Assembly: GCA_964470825.1 (NCBI GenBank)
Contig: CAYYEF010000001.1
Location: forward strand, 10,302 to 73,128
Direction: 5' to 3'
Length of the DNA stretch: 62,827 nt
DNA from: an uncultured Candidatus Saccharibacteria bacterium
Lineage (GTDB): Bacteria; Patescibacteriota; Minisyncoccia; Phycocordibacterales; JAACPR01
A model generated the notes under the pieces. It was not told where the DNA came from. It ran no database searches and was given only the letters and a program-made list of their open reading frames with translations. A program made the translations under genes and the position numbers. Shown here piece after piece: positions 8,487-16,531 of this stretch. The stretch's first letter is position 1; each line of letters opens with the position of its first letter.

Positions 8487-9053
8487 TTATTTTTTACTAC
8501 TTAAATTTTTTAAAGCCTCCTTAACAATCTCTTCTGTGTTTTCTTTATTTTTAATTTTTTGAACAGCATCACGAGCATCTCTTTCTGAGTAACCCAAAGC
8601 TGTTAGGGCATCAATTGCAAATGATCCAGCACCTTGAGCAGAATCATTATTCATAACCCCAACTTTATCTTTAAGACCCAACATTATTTTTTCAGCAGTT
8701 TTCTTACCAATTCCAGTGATCTTTGAAAAATAAATCGAATCACCTGACATTAGACCTTCGTTGATTGTTTCTAGACTCGCAGCACTCATTATGGTTATTG
8801 CAGACTTCGGACCAACTCCATTTATTGTTAAAAGTAATTCAAAAAAATTTAATTCATCCTTATTTAAGAATCCATATATATCAATTGCTGTTTCTCGAAC
8901 TGAAGTATAAAGCCATAAATTAGCAATTTTCCCTATATGAAAATTGTTAATTGTGTGAGGCGCTGCAAAAACCCTATATCCAACACCACCACTGTTAATA
9001 ATTAAGTCATTAAATCCTTTATCTATAACTTCTCCTGTAATCCATCTAAACAT
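8487..9053 (-). CDS. ruvA: Holliday junction DNA helicase subunit RuvA
   Basis: 188 aa. OB-fold N-terminus (GGVGYRV), HhH region LLTINGVGPKSA and GIGKKTAEKI, and a C-terminal domain III. Confidence 0.9.
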   Translation of the reverse strand: MFRWITGEVIDKGFNDLIINSGGVGYRVFAAPHTINNFHIGKIANLWLYTSVRETAIDIYGFLNKDELNFFELLLTINGVGPKSAITIMSAASLETINEGLMSGDSIYFSKITGIGKKTAEKIMLGLKDKVGVMNNDSAQGAGSFAIDALTALGYSERDARDAVQKIKNKENTEEIVKEALKNLSSKK

Positions 9054-9122
9054 ACTTAAATAATATCATATTTTAAATTAGTACTTTACAAAGAAAATAA
9101 AAGGCATAATATCTTTTTAGGT

Positions 9123-9530
9123 ATGAAACTAAGAACTTTGTCAGCATTGGATAGGGTGGAGTGTTTTCTTTACTCTATTAAAGAACAAGAAGATCTAAAA
9201 GGAAATCGTGTGGCCTTACCACCACTCTTTGATCTAAGAAAAGATCAGGAAGATTTTTGGAAAAATATTCTTGGGGTTTGTGCAGGAAAGCTTTTCGGTA
9301 TTTATAGTCAAAACCCCTTGGAAGAATTCAGAAATATTGTTCGACAATCCAGGATTATTTTTGAAGAAAAAGTCTTTAGTGAAGGTATTCTATGCTTCAA
9401 TAATAGGCCTTATGCTTGGGGTTATGATGTCATTCATAAAGCTGATCCTGAGTTTGCAGAAAATTTACAATATTTTGTTTCTATAATAGCTCTAGTTCCA
9501 AGAGGAGATTCACCAATCTATATATCTTAA
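9123..9530 (+). CDS. hypothetical protein (orphan)
   Basis: 135-aa ORF followed by the hairpin AAACTGACCATTTGGTCAGTTTTTT. No family recognised. Confidence 0.5.
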   Translation: MKLRTLSALDRVECFLYSIKEQEDLKGNRVALPPLFDLRKDQEDFWKNILGVCAGKLFGIYSQNPLEEFRNIVRQSRIIFEEKVFSEGILCFNNRPYAWGYDVIHKADPEFAENLQYFVSIIALVPRGDSPIYIS

Positions 9531-9637
9531 TAATTTAAACTGACCATTTGGTCAGTTTTTTATTTTTTAATAAAATAAGTTCTAGAGGCTATATTTCTTG
9601 CTTTTTTCTAAAACCTTTGGTAAAGTCTTGTGCATAT

Positions 9638-9901
9638 ATGGCAATTACAAAATCAGCAAAAAAAGCAATTAGAAGCTCTGAAAAAAAGAGAGTTTTGAAC
9701 TTGCGAAGAAGTCGAGATATGAAAGATGTCGAGAAAGAAGTTAAATCTCTTGTTGCTTCAGGTAAAGTGAAAGAAGCTCAAGAAAAACTAACTGTGGCTT
9801 ACAAAAAAATTGATAAAGCAGCTAAAATGAACACAATCAAGAAAAACACAGCTTCTCGAAAAAAATCTAGACTGAGCGCTTTAATCAAAAAGGCTAAATA
9901 A
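9638..9901 (+). CDS. rpsT: 30S ribosomal protein S20
   Basis: MAITKSAKKAIRSSEKKRVLNLRRS..., a basic helical 87-aa protein. Start moved from 9548 to ATG 9638. Confidence 0.85.
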   Translation: MAITKSAKKAIRSSEKKRVLNLRRSRDMKDVEKEVKSLVASGKVKEAQEKLTVAYKKIDKAAKMNTIKKNTASRKKSRLSALIKKAK

Positions 9902-9911
9902 TAAAAAGAAA

Positions 9912-9936
9912 AGTCGCCACAAGGGCGATTTTTTCT
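9912..9936 (+). terminator. rho-independent terminator after rpsT
   Basis: Stem TCGCC/GGCGA with loop ACAAG, then TTTTTT. Confidence 0.7.
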
Positions 9937-10097
9937 TTTTAAATATTTTTTATTAAAATCAAGACCGCTGTAAGGATTTCTTAAAGATTTTTTGGTATGT
10001 CAGGTTAAGGCATCTTGGTCAGGAATATACTTCATCAAAATTGCATTCTTGCAATTTCAAATCTCTCTGATAATCTTGTCTTTAGAAATAAAACCTT

Positions 10098-10355
10098 ATG
10101 AAAGCACTATTATTACTAGTAAGTTTTCTAACTCGACTCTGGGACCGACTTGATCAAAGATTGTGTCGCTCATTACCTGGACCTATTCGTTTTCGTTGGG
10201 CAAAACTGTGGGTCAGGAAAGATGAATTTCATCCCTCCCTTGATTCTCATGCTGAGTATGTTTATCGTCTTCCTGTAAGGGTGAGGGATAATTACTGGCA
10301 CAATCTCATCGAACGTAGACAAATCGCTCACGAACGTGATCTTTCAATAAATTAG
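10098..10355 (+). CDS. hypothetical small Arg/Trp-rich protein (orphan)
   Basis: 85-aa ORF with a hydrophobic N-terminus (MKALLLLVSFL). Own terminator immediately downstream. No family recognised. Confidence 0.45.
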   Translation: MKALLLLVSFLTRLWDRLDQRLCRSLPGPIRFRWAKLWVRKDEFHPSLDSHAEYVYRLPVRVRDNYWHNLIERRQIAHERDLSIN

Positions 10356-10358
10356 TTT

Positions 10359-10392
10359 CGCCGCCAGGTCATTGGACCTCTGGCGGTTTTTA
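10359..10392 (+). terminator. rho-independent terminator
   Basis: GC-rich stem CGCCGCCAGGTC/GACCTCTGGCGG (bulged) followed by TTTTT. Confidence 0.7.
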
Positions 10393-10429
10393 TTATTTTA
10401 ACTATTTCAGCAGATCTCTCTCAAAAGGG

Positions 10430-10501
10430 TGCTCCCGCTAGGAATCGAACCTAGATCGCAAGTTCCGCAAACTTGCATTCTATCCATTGAACTACGGGAG
10501 C
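10430..10501 (-). tRNA. tRNA-Arg (anticodon GCG)
   Basis: Reverse complement: GCTCCCG-TA-GTTC-AATGGATA-GAAT-G-CAAGT-TTGCGGA-ACTTG-CGAT-CTAGG-TTCGATT-CCTAG-CGGGAGC-A. Positions 34-36 of the anticodon loop read GCG. Confidence 0.85.
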
Positions 10502-10556
10502 TATTAAAACTTCTGCTTTGTAAATATATTTTATTTTAAAAATAAAGCAAGAAAAA

Positions 10557-11030
10557 CTAAAAACCCAATCTAGTAAGTATTTGTTGAATAGTTGGCTCGT
10601 ACATTTCTTCCTCATCTAAATATTCAATTAAGTATTCTCTGATTTCGTCTGGCCTAACTTGATCTCCAAGAGGAATTATTATCAGGGGCATAAATGTTTT
10701 TCTTGATTTAAGGATTATTCTGTCTCTATCGAATCCATCCTCATCAATTACATAAAAAGATTGAAGTGAGGCATATGTGTATAATATATCTCCAACCTGA
10801 ACACCTTTTCTATTTATTTGATAATCAACCATTCTTGGAGGATTATTTGCAACCATAAAGATAACAGCGGTCCCTATTATTACTAGTAGAGCAAATAGCA
10901 CATTATTAAAAAAAATTGCAAGAATAGATATTGCAATTGCAATAATTCCAATTACCCAAAACCAGTCAGAGCTTTTCTTTTCTCTTATATGATCTAGAGC
11001 TTGCCACGTTAATTTTTTAGAACCATTCAT
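10557..11030 (-). CDS. membrane protein (two TM helices plus a C-terminal soluble domain)
   Basis: 157 aa, with hydrophobic helices WFWVIGIIAIAISILAIFF and VLFALLVIIGTAVIFMV. Lies 19 nt downstream of the VKOR gene on the same strand. Confidence 0.55.
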   Translation of the reverse strand: MNGSKKLTWQALDHIREKKSSDWFWVIGIIAIAISILAIFFNNVLFALLVIIGTAVIFMVANNPPRMVDYQINRKGVQVGDILYTYASLQSFYVIDEDGFDRDRIILKSRKTFMPLIIIPLGDQVRPDEIREYLIEYLDEEEMYEPTIQQILTRLGF

Positions 11031-11049
11031 TTCCTTTATTATCTCTCTT

Positions 11050-12060
11050 TTATTTTTTCTTGTCGAGTGATTTTTTGTCTCTATATTGGAATGTTATCAG
11101 AGCTAATATTGCAGAAGTAAAAATTATTATTAAATAAGTCATTATGTTTCTTTTGAAAGAACAGGTGCATTGAAAAATTTGATTTATAAAAACATTTACT
11201 AACCAAGAAGTAAGGAGGATTGTACTAAAAGCTATTGCAATATTTCTATAAAATGAAACAGATGTAATATGCATTACATTACAAGCAATTTTTGATTTAT
11301 CTAATTTGGGTAAGATAAAGAAACTCATCATGATAGAGCCAAAAATTATAAATCCAAATATTAATGTTTTGATTAAGTAAATTCTTTGATTATCAAAAAC
11401 TTGTAATTGAAATACAAAAATAGCAAAACTAGATATTATGACCAAAAAGATTGCTGACCATAAAACCTGCCATAAATACATTAGGGTCAATTTTTCTTTT
11501 TGATCAATCTTGAAATCTTTTAAAAATTTTAAAGTTAAGAATTCTGAAATTATTGCGACGCTTGTTCCAAGAGCGTAAGCAAAGACATTTATTAAAATAA
11601 AAAACCAAGGTACACTCCTCATTAGATTAACAAGAATATCCAAGTTAAGATAAAAACTTATTGTAGAAATTATAAAAATAAGGGTAGAGAAAAGACTTGA
11701 GTATAAACACCAAGTGCACCAATTTTTTAAATAAAAAGCTTGAATTGAAGTAAGATATATAGAAAACAAGAATCCAAAAAGAGTAATTCCAAATAAAATT
11801 ATTTCAACCAGAGAGAATCTTAAGTTAGGAATAACTAAAAAAATAATATTCGCGATCAGTATTGATAGATAATAGGCAATACCCGCAATCTCCAATGGAA
11901 TACCAACTATTTTTGCAAAATCAGAGTTAAGGACTTGTTCGCAATTTCCATTTAGAGGACAAACCATTTTGTGTCCTCTTTTTTTCTCAATACGAATTTC
12001 ATTTGCGACGTATAGACCGCCCAAACTTAAAATAATTAAAATTATTTCATAAAAAAACAT
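11050..12060 (-). CDS. vitamin K epoxide reductase (VKOR) family protein with an extra polytopic C-terminal extension
   Basis: Loop cysteine pair CPLNGNC followed by the CTWC redox motif within TM helices, the VKOR arrangement. About 190 further residues of TM segments follow. Confidence 0.7.
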   Translation of the reverse strand: MFFYEIILIILSLGGLYVANEIRIEKKRGHKMVCPLNGNCEQVLNSDFAKIVGIPLEIAGIAYYLSILIANIIFLVIPNLRFSLVEIILFGITLFGFLFSIYLTSIQAFYLKNWCTWCLYSSLFSTLIFIISTISFYLNLDILVNLMRSVPWFFILINVFAYALGTSVAIISEFLTLKFLKDFKIDQKEKLTLMYLWQVLWSAIFLVIISSFAIFVFQLQVFDNQRIYLIKTLIFGFIIFGSIMMSFFILPKLDKSKIACNVMHITSVSFYRNIAIAFSTILLTSWLVNVFINQIFQCTCSFKRNIMTYLIIIFTSAILALITFQYRDKKSLDKKK

Positions 12061-12067
12061 TACATAT

Positions 12068-12076
12068 ATTCTATCA
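12068..12076 (-). promoter_or_regulatory. extended -10 element TGATAGAAT, 7 nt upstream of the VKOR ATG (12060)
   Basis: Reverse complement of ATTCTATCA. No SD between the element and the ATG. Confidence 0.45.
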
Positions 12077-12123
12077 CTTTACTTTTTTGAAAAAAGGAAT
12101 AAGTTAGATTCTAGGAGTTTTTT

Positions 12124-12447
12124 ATGAAAAATAAACATTCAAACCGTACGTGGTTCATCTATTCTTGCGATAGTCACACTAATCGCGCTGTGTTCATTGA
12201 ACTTAACTGTGATACAGAATTTGGTTGTTCTGTTCAGGATATTGACCATTTGGGTCAAAAGGTTAATAAGAACCTTAACTTGGCTAAACTTAATTCATAT
12301 GACGAAGTTCAACTTTTAAAAAGAAGTAAAAAACAGTTAGGGTTGAAATTCAAAGTTTTTATTCAGGATGATCCTGGCGGAAAAATTTATCGGTGGCCGT
12401 TTGATGAAGGATTAAGAACGGTCAGTCGTAAAGCAAAATCTCGCTGA
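12124..12447 (+). CDS. hypothetical protein (orphan)
   Basis: 107-aa ORF with a canonical SD AGGAG (12113-12117) 6 nt upstream and its own terminator. No family recognised. Confidence 0.6.
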   Translation: MKNKHSNRTWFIYSCDSHTNRAVFIELNCDTEFGCSVQDIDHLGQKVNKNLNLAKLNSYDEVQLLKRSKKQLGLKFKVFIQDDPGGKIYRWPFDEGLRTVSRKAKSR

Positions 12448-12466
12448 ATTTGGCGAGATTTTTTAT
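12436..12466 (+). terminator. rho-independent terminator
   Basis: Stem AAATCTCGC/GCGAGATTT with the stop codon TGA in the loop, then TTTTT. Confidence 0.75.
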
Positions 12467-12575
12467 TTCTGATTTCTGATTGATTTTTAAGTTGATTTCA
12501 GATAATATGTTGAAACTTGTTATTCTTTGATAATGAGTTAAAGTTAATAAACCGTCGTTTGAAAAAACGAGATAT

Positions 12576-12662
12576 GGAGAGGTGGCAGAGCGGTTGAATG
12601 CACCAGTCTTGAAAACTGGAATATCCGAAAGGGTATCAAGAGTTCGAATCTCTTCCTCTCCG
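12576..12662 (+). tRNA. tRNA-Ser (anticodon UGA), class II with long variable arm
   Basis: Acceptor GGAGAGG/CCTCTCC, anticodon arm CCAGT-CTTGAAA-ACTGG, long variable arm, T arm AAGAG-TTCGAAT-CTCTT, discriminator G. Confidence 0.9.
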
Positions 12663-12673
12663 CAAACAGACTA

Positions 12674-12701
12674 CAACTTCCTAAAAAGGAAGTTGTTTTT
12701 T
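12674..12701 (+). terminator. rho-independent terminator after tRNA-Ser
   Basis: Stem CAACTTCC/GGAAGTTG, loop TAAAAA, then TTTTTT. Confidence 0.75.
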
Positions 12702-12715
12702 GTTATAATTTTTTT

Positions 12716-12940
12716 ATGAAAATCAACTTAGGAAAATATAGACATTATAAAGGAAAAGAATATGAGGTAATTGGACTGGCTCATCACAGTGAAACTCTTG
12801 AAGAATTGGTTGTATATAGAGCCCTTTATAAGTCAGAAGATTTTGGTGAAAATGCTTTATGGGTTCGTCCAGCCGAAATGTTTTTAGAAAAAATTGTAAT
12901 TAATGGTGTAGAAAAATCTAGATTTGAATATATAGGATAG
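12716..12940 (+). CDS. DUF1653-like small protein
   Basis: 74 aa. YRHYKGKEYEV...HSETLEELVVYRALY...WVRPAEMF matches my recollection of the DUF1653 signature. TGTTATAAT (12701-12709) sits 6 nt before the ATG. Confidence 0.65.
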   Translation: MKINLGKYRHYKGKEYEVIGLAHHSETLEELVVYRALYKSEDFGENALWVRPAEMFLEKIVINGVEKSRFEYIG

Positions 12941-12958
12941 TGAGATATAATCTGTCTC

Positions 12959-13507
12959 ATGTCTTTATCATATTTTTTTGACCTTTTTACTACAACTGGG
13001 GCTATTGTTTTTGTATTAGTAACTGCAACTCTTTTTATAATTTCTTATTCAAAAAATGAGAAAGCAATAAAAATAACAAGATTTTTTATAAAAAATTCAA
13101 AATGTTTAATTCTAGCAGCTTCTTTTATGGCTATTGTGGGCAGTTTAATATATTCAGAAATTTTTAAATTCGAACCATGTGTTTTGTGTTGGTGGCAAAG
13201 AATTTTTATTTATCCTGTATTTTTCATTTCTTTAGTTTCAATTATTAATAAAGACAAAAATCCGTTTCAATATATTAATCCTTTAATGTGGATTGCTTTG
13301 ATTATCTCTATTTACCACAATTATTTAATTACAGTTGCAGGCAAAGCAGATGCTTTTCTGTGTAACCCTGGAACAGCCGGGGCATGTAGTGATAGATATG
13401 TAGAAATATTTTCTGTTATAGATATTCCTTTTATGGCTCTTTCGGTAATACTCTTTATTTTAGTGTTATCATTTATATCTTTAAAGGATTTGAGAAGGGG
13501 TAATTAA
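12959..13507 (+). CDS. disulfide bond formation protein, DsbB/BdbC-like
   Basis: Four TM helices, CVLC (CxxC) after TM1 followed by WWQRIFIYP, and a second cysteine pair CNPGTAGAC in the second loop. Confidence 0.75.
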   Translation: MSLSYFFDLFTTTGAIVFVLVTATLFIISYSKNEKAIKITRFFIKNSKCLILAASFMAIVGSLIYSEIFKFEPCVLCWWQRIFIYPVFFISLVSIINKDKNPFQYINPLMWIALIISIYHNYLITVAGKADAFLCNPGTAGACSDRYVEIFSVIDIPFMALSVILFILVLSFISLKDLRRGN

Positions 13508-13517
13508 AATAAAAAAT

Positions 13518-15083
13518 ATGATAAACAAAAACAAACAAACAGCCCTAATAATTTTAGATGGTTGGGGACATAGTACCGACTTAGAAAATAATGCTATTGC
13601 AAAAGCTAAAACCCCTTTTTTTGATTATTTAATGCAAAATTACCCACATACTTTTTTACAGGCAAGTGGTGAATGTGTTGGTTTACCAGATGGTCAGGTT
13701 GGTAATAGTGAAATAGGGCATACAACTATTGGAGCAGGAAAAATTATTGATACTGATTTGGTTAGAATTCATAAATCTGTTAAAAGTGATGATTTTATAA
13801 ATAATGAAGCTTTTAAAAAAATTTTTTCTCATATAAAAAATAATAATTCAAAAATTCATATTATTGGGCTACTTAGTTCCGGAGGTGTTCATTCTCACGA
13901 AGAACACCTTTTTGCTTTTCTTGAAATGGCTAAAAATATTTTTGAAAAAGAAATTGGCGATGGATTTTTAAACACTGAAGCTTTTCCCAAAATAATTATT
14001 CACGCTATTACAGACGGAAGAGACACCGATCCTCGCGCTTCTATTGAAAGCTTTAAAAAACTCGAAAGTAAAATTTCTGAAACAAAAATTAACGGGAAAA
14101 ATATTGCTGAAATAGCTACTGTCTCTGGAAGATATTATCCAATGGACCGAGATAATAATTGGGATCGTGTTGAGAAGTTTACTGACATGCTTTTGGGAAA
14201 AGCAGAAAATACTGAAAATACGATCAAGCACTCTACTTTAGAAGAAATTTCTGTTCAACACGAAGGAGGTAAGACGGATGAACACATCACTCCTTTTAAA
14301 GTGAAAAACATTCCTTTGCAAAATAATGATGCTGTTTTTATTTTTAATTTTAGATCAGACAGAGCAAGAATGGTCACCAAAAAAATTTTAGAGAGTAAGG
14401 AAGAGATGAATTTGATGATTGCAACCATGACTGAATATTCAAAAGATTTTTCTGTAGAAGTGGCTTTTCCTGCAATAAAAATTGAAACCACTCTTGCTGC
14501 TGAAATTTCTAAAAATAATTTAAATCAGGCTCACATTGCTGAAACTGAAAAATTTCCTCATGCAACTTATTTCCTAAACGGAGGTCAGGAGAAACCTTAT
14601 GACAAAGAAGAACATGTTTTACTTGAAAGTAGAAAAGATGTGAAAACTCATAACGAGGCTCCAGAAATGCGGGCGGAAGCCATTGCTGATGAAGCGGTAA
14701 AAAGAATTAAAGATGGTGTTAATTTTATTTTTATTAATTTTGCTAATCCTGATATGGTTGGTCACACCGCTGATGTTCCAGCTATTATTACTGCTGTGGA
14801 GACCGTTGATAGAGAATTGAAAAAAGTAGTTGATGCAATGCTTGAACAAGGTGGCTCAGTTCTGATTACAGCAGATCATGGAAATGCTGAGTTAAATATT
14901 GATCCGATTACTGGTTCTATCCATACCGCTCACACCTTAAATGTTGTACCTTGTATTTTAACTGATAAAAATATTAATTTGAAAGAAAGTGGTTCACTTC
15001 AGGATCTTGCTCCAACAGTATTGGATATTTTAAATATTGAAAAACCATATCAAATGACAGGTCAGAGTTTGATAGTGAAATAA
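13518..15083 (+). CDS. gpmI: 2,3-bisphosphoglycerate-independent phosphoglycerate mutase
   Basis: 521 aa with ILDGWG, GNSEIGHTTIGAG, RDTDP, PDMVGHT and TADHGNAE motifs. Confidence 0.95.
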   Translation: MINKNKQTALIILDGWGHSTDLENNAIAKAKTPFFDYLMQNYPHTFLQASGECVGLPDGQVGNSEIGHTTIGAGKIIDTDLVRIHKSVKSDDFINNEAFKKIFSHIKNNNSKIHIIGLLSSGGVHSHEEHLFAFLEMAKNIFEKEIGDGFLNTEAFPKIIIHAITDGRDTDPRASIESFKKLESKISETKINGKNIAEIATVSGRYYPMDRDNNWDRVEKFTDMLLGKAENTENTIKHSTLEEISVQHEGGKTDEHITPFKVKNIPLQNNDAVFIFNFRSDRARMVTKKILESKEEMNLMIATMTEYSKDFSVEVAFPAIKIETTLAAEISKNNLNQAHIAETEKFPHATYFLNGGQEKPYDKEEHVLLESRKDVKTHNEAPEMRAEAIADEAVKRIKDGVNFIFINFANPDMVGHTADVPAIITAVETVDRELKKVVDAMLEQGGSVLITADHGNAELNIDPITGSIHTAHTLNVVPCILTDKNINLKESGSLQDLAPTVLDILNIEKPYQMTGQSLIVK

Positions 15084-15089
15084 AGTTTT

Positions 15090-15704
15090 ATGAAAAATTC
15101 TTCAAAAAATAAAACCTTGAAAAAAGATAAATACGAAAAAGTTTTAGAGCGTTGCGATTGGCTTAATTTAGAAAACTCAGAATATGTTAATTATCATGAT
15201 AAAGAGTGGGGAGTACCAATTCATAATGATAGAAAGCTTTTTGAGATGCTCATATTAGAAGGGGCTCAGGCCGGACTTTCTTGGTCAACAGTTTTAAAGA
15301 AGCGTGAAAATTATAGAAAAGCTTTTGATAGTTTTGATTTTGAAAAAATTGCTAAATATAATTCTAAAAAAATATCAGAACTTTTAAAAAATGAGGGTAT
15401 TATTAGAAATAAATTAAAAATTTCTGCTACTGTTCAAAACGCCCAAGTTTTTATAGAAATTCGTAAAGAATTTAAAACCTTCAATAAATATATTTGGTCT
15501 TTTGTTAATAATAAAATTATTATAAATAAAGTTAAGTCTATGAAAGACTTAAAAAATAGAACCGAGATTTCGGATTTGATTTCTAAAGATTTGAAGAAAA
15601 GAGGTATGAATTTTGTCGGCTCAACTATTATATATGCATTTATGCAGGCTTGTGGTATGGTTAATGACCACAAAATGACTTGTTTTCGATACAAACAAGT
15701 TTAA
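15090..15704 (+). CDS. tag: DNA-3-methyladenine glycosylase I
   Basis: YHDKEWGVP, EGAQAGLSW and the C-terminal FMQACGMVNDH pattern of Tag. Confidence 0.9.
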   Translation: MKNSSKNKTLKKDKYEKVLERCDWLNLENSEYVNYHDKEWGVPIHNDRKLFEMLILEGAQAGLSWSTVLKKRENYRKAFDSFDFEKIAKYNSKKISELLKNEGIIRNKLKISATVQNAQVFIEIRKEFKTFNKYIWSFVNNKIIINKVKSMKDLKNRTEISDLISKDLKKRGMNFVGSTIIYAFMQACGMVNDHKMTCFRYKQV

Positions 15705-15713
15705 TATAAGAAC

Positions 15714-16097
15714 ATGAGAATTTTAGGAATAGACTATGGTTCAAAAAGAATAGGTGTTGCAATGTCTGATGAAAACGAGCAGATCGCTTTTCCTAAACTT
15801 GTTTTACAAAATGATGCCAGGTTGATTGATAATTTTCAAAAAATCATTAATGAAAATGAAATCAAAACTGTTGTCATGGGGGAATCAAAGAACTATAAAA
15901 TGATGGATAATGAAATAATGAAAGAAATTTTAGACTTCAGAGAAATTATGGAGAAAACTTTTAATGTTGATGTTGTAATGTATTCTGAAATTTTATCTTC
16001 TGCACAAGCTGAATTTTTCCAAGGAAAGAACGCAATGCTTGATGCTTCTGCGGCAGCTATTATTTTACAAAGCTATCTTGATTCAAAGAAAAAATAA
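15714..16097 (+). CDS. ruvX: Holliday junction resolvase-like nuclease RuvX/YqgF
   Basis: ILGIDYGSKRIGVAMSD N-terminus and DASAAAIILQSYL C-terminus. Confidence 0.85.
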   Translation: MRILGIDYGSKRIGVAMSDENEQIAFPKLVLQNDARLIDNFQKIINENEIKTVVMGESKNYKMMDNEIMKEILDFREIMEKTFNVDVVMYSEILSSAQAEFFQGKNAMLDASAAAIILQSYLDSKKK

Positions 16098-16111
16098 ATT
16101 AAAATAAAAAT

Positions 16112-16468
16112 ATGAATAACGATGAAATTAAAATAGAAACACCCAAAATTACTATTGACGATTTAAAAAAAGTTGAAATTAGAGTTGGTCAAATAAAAAA
16201 CGCTACTCCTGTTGAGGGTTCTGAAAAACTCCTTATTTTAAAAGTTGATTTTGGAAATGAAGAACGTCAAATTGTGTCAGGGATTGCTAAATATTTTTCT
16301 CCAGAAAATTTGATTGATAAGAAGGTGCCTTTTGTTACAAACCTAGAGCCAAGAAAATTAATGGGGCATGAAAGTAATGGTATGATTTTTGCTGCAAAAG
16401 ATTCCGCAGGTCACTTTTCTTTGTTAGATGTTTCATCAGAAATTGAGAACGGAACTCATATATCATAA
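16112..16468 (+). CDS. free-standing tRNA-binding OB-fold protein (CsaA / MetRS C-terminal-domain-like)
   Basis: KVEIRVGQI...EKLLILKVDFG...RQIVSGIA...KLMGHESNGMI, the tRNA_bind domain pattern. Confidence 0.8.
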   Translation: MNNDEIKIETPKITIDDLKKVEIRVGQIKNATPVEGSEKLLILKVDFGNEERQIVSGIAKYFSPENLIDKKVPFVTNLEPRKLMGHESNGMIFAAKDSAGHFSLLDVSSEIENGTHIS

Positions 16469-16531
16469 ATTTAATTATTTCTCACAACTTCTTAATTAAA
16501 TTTTTTTATATATGGTGTATAATATTTTTAT

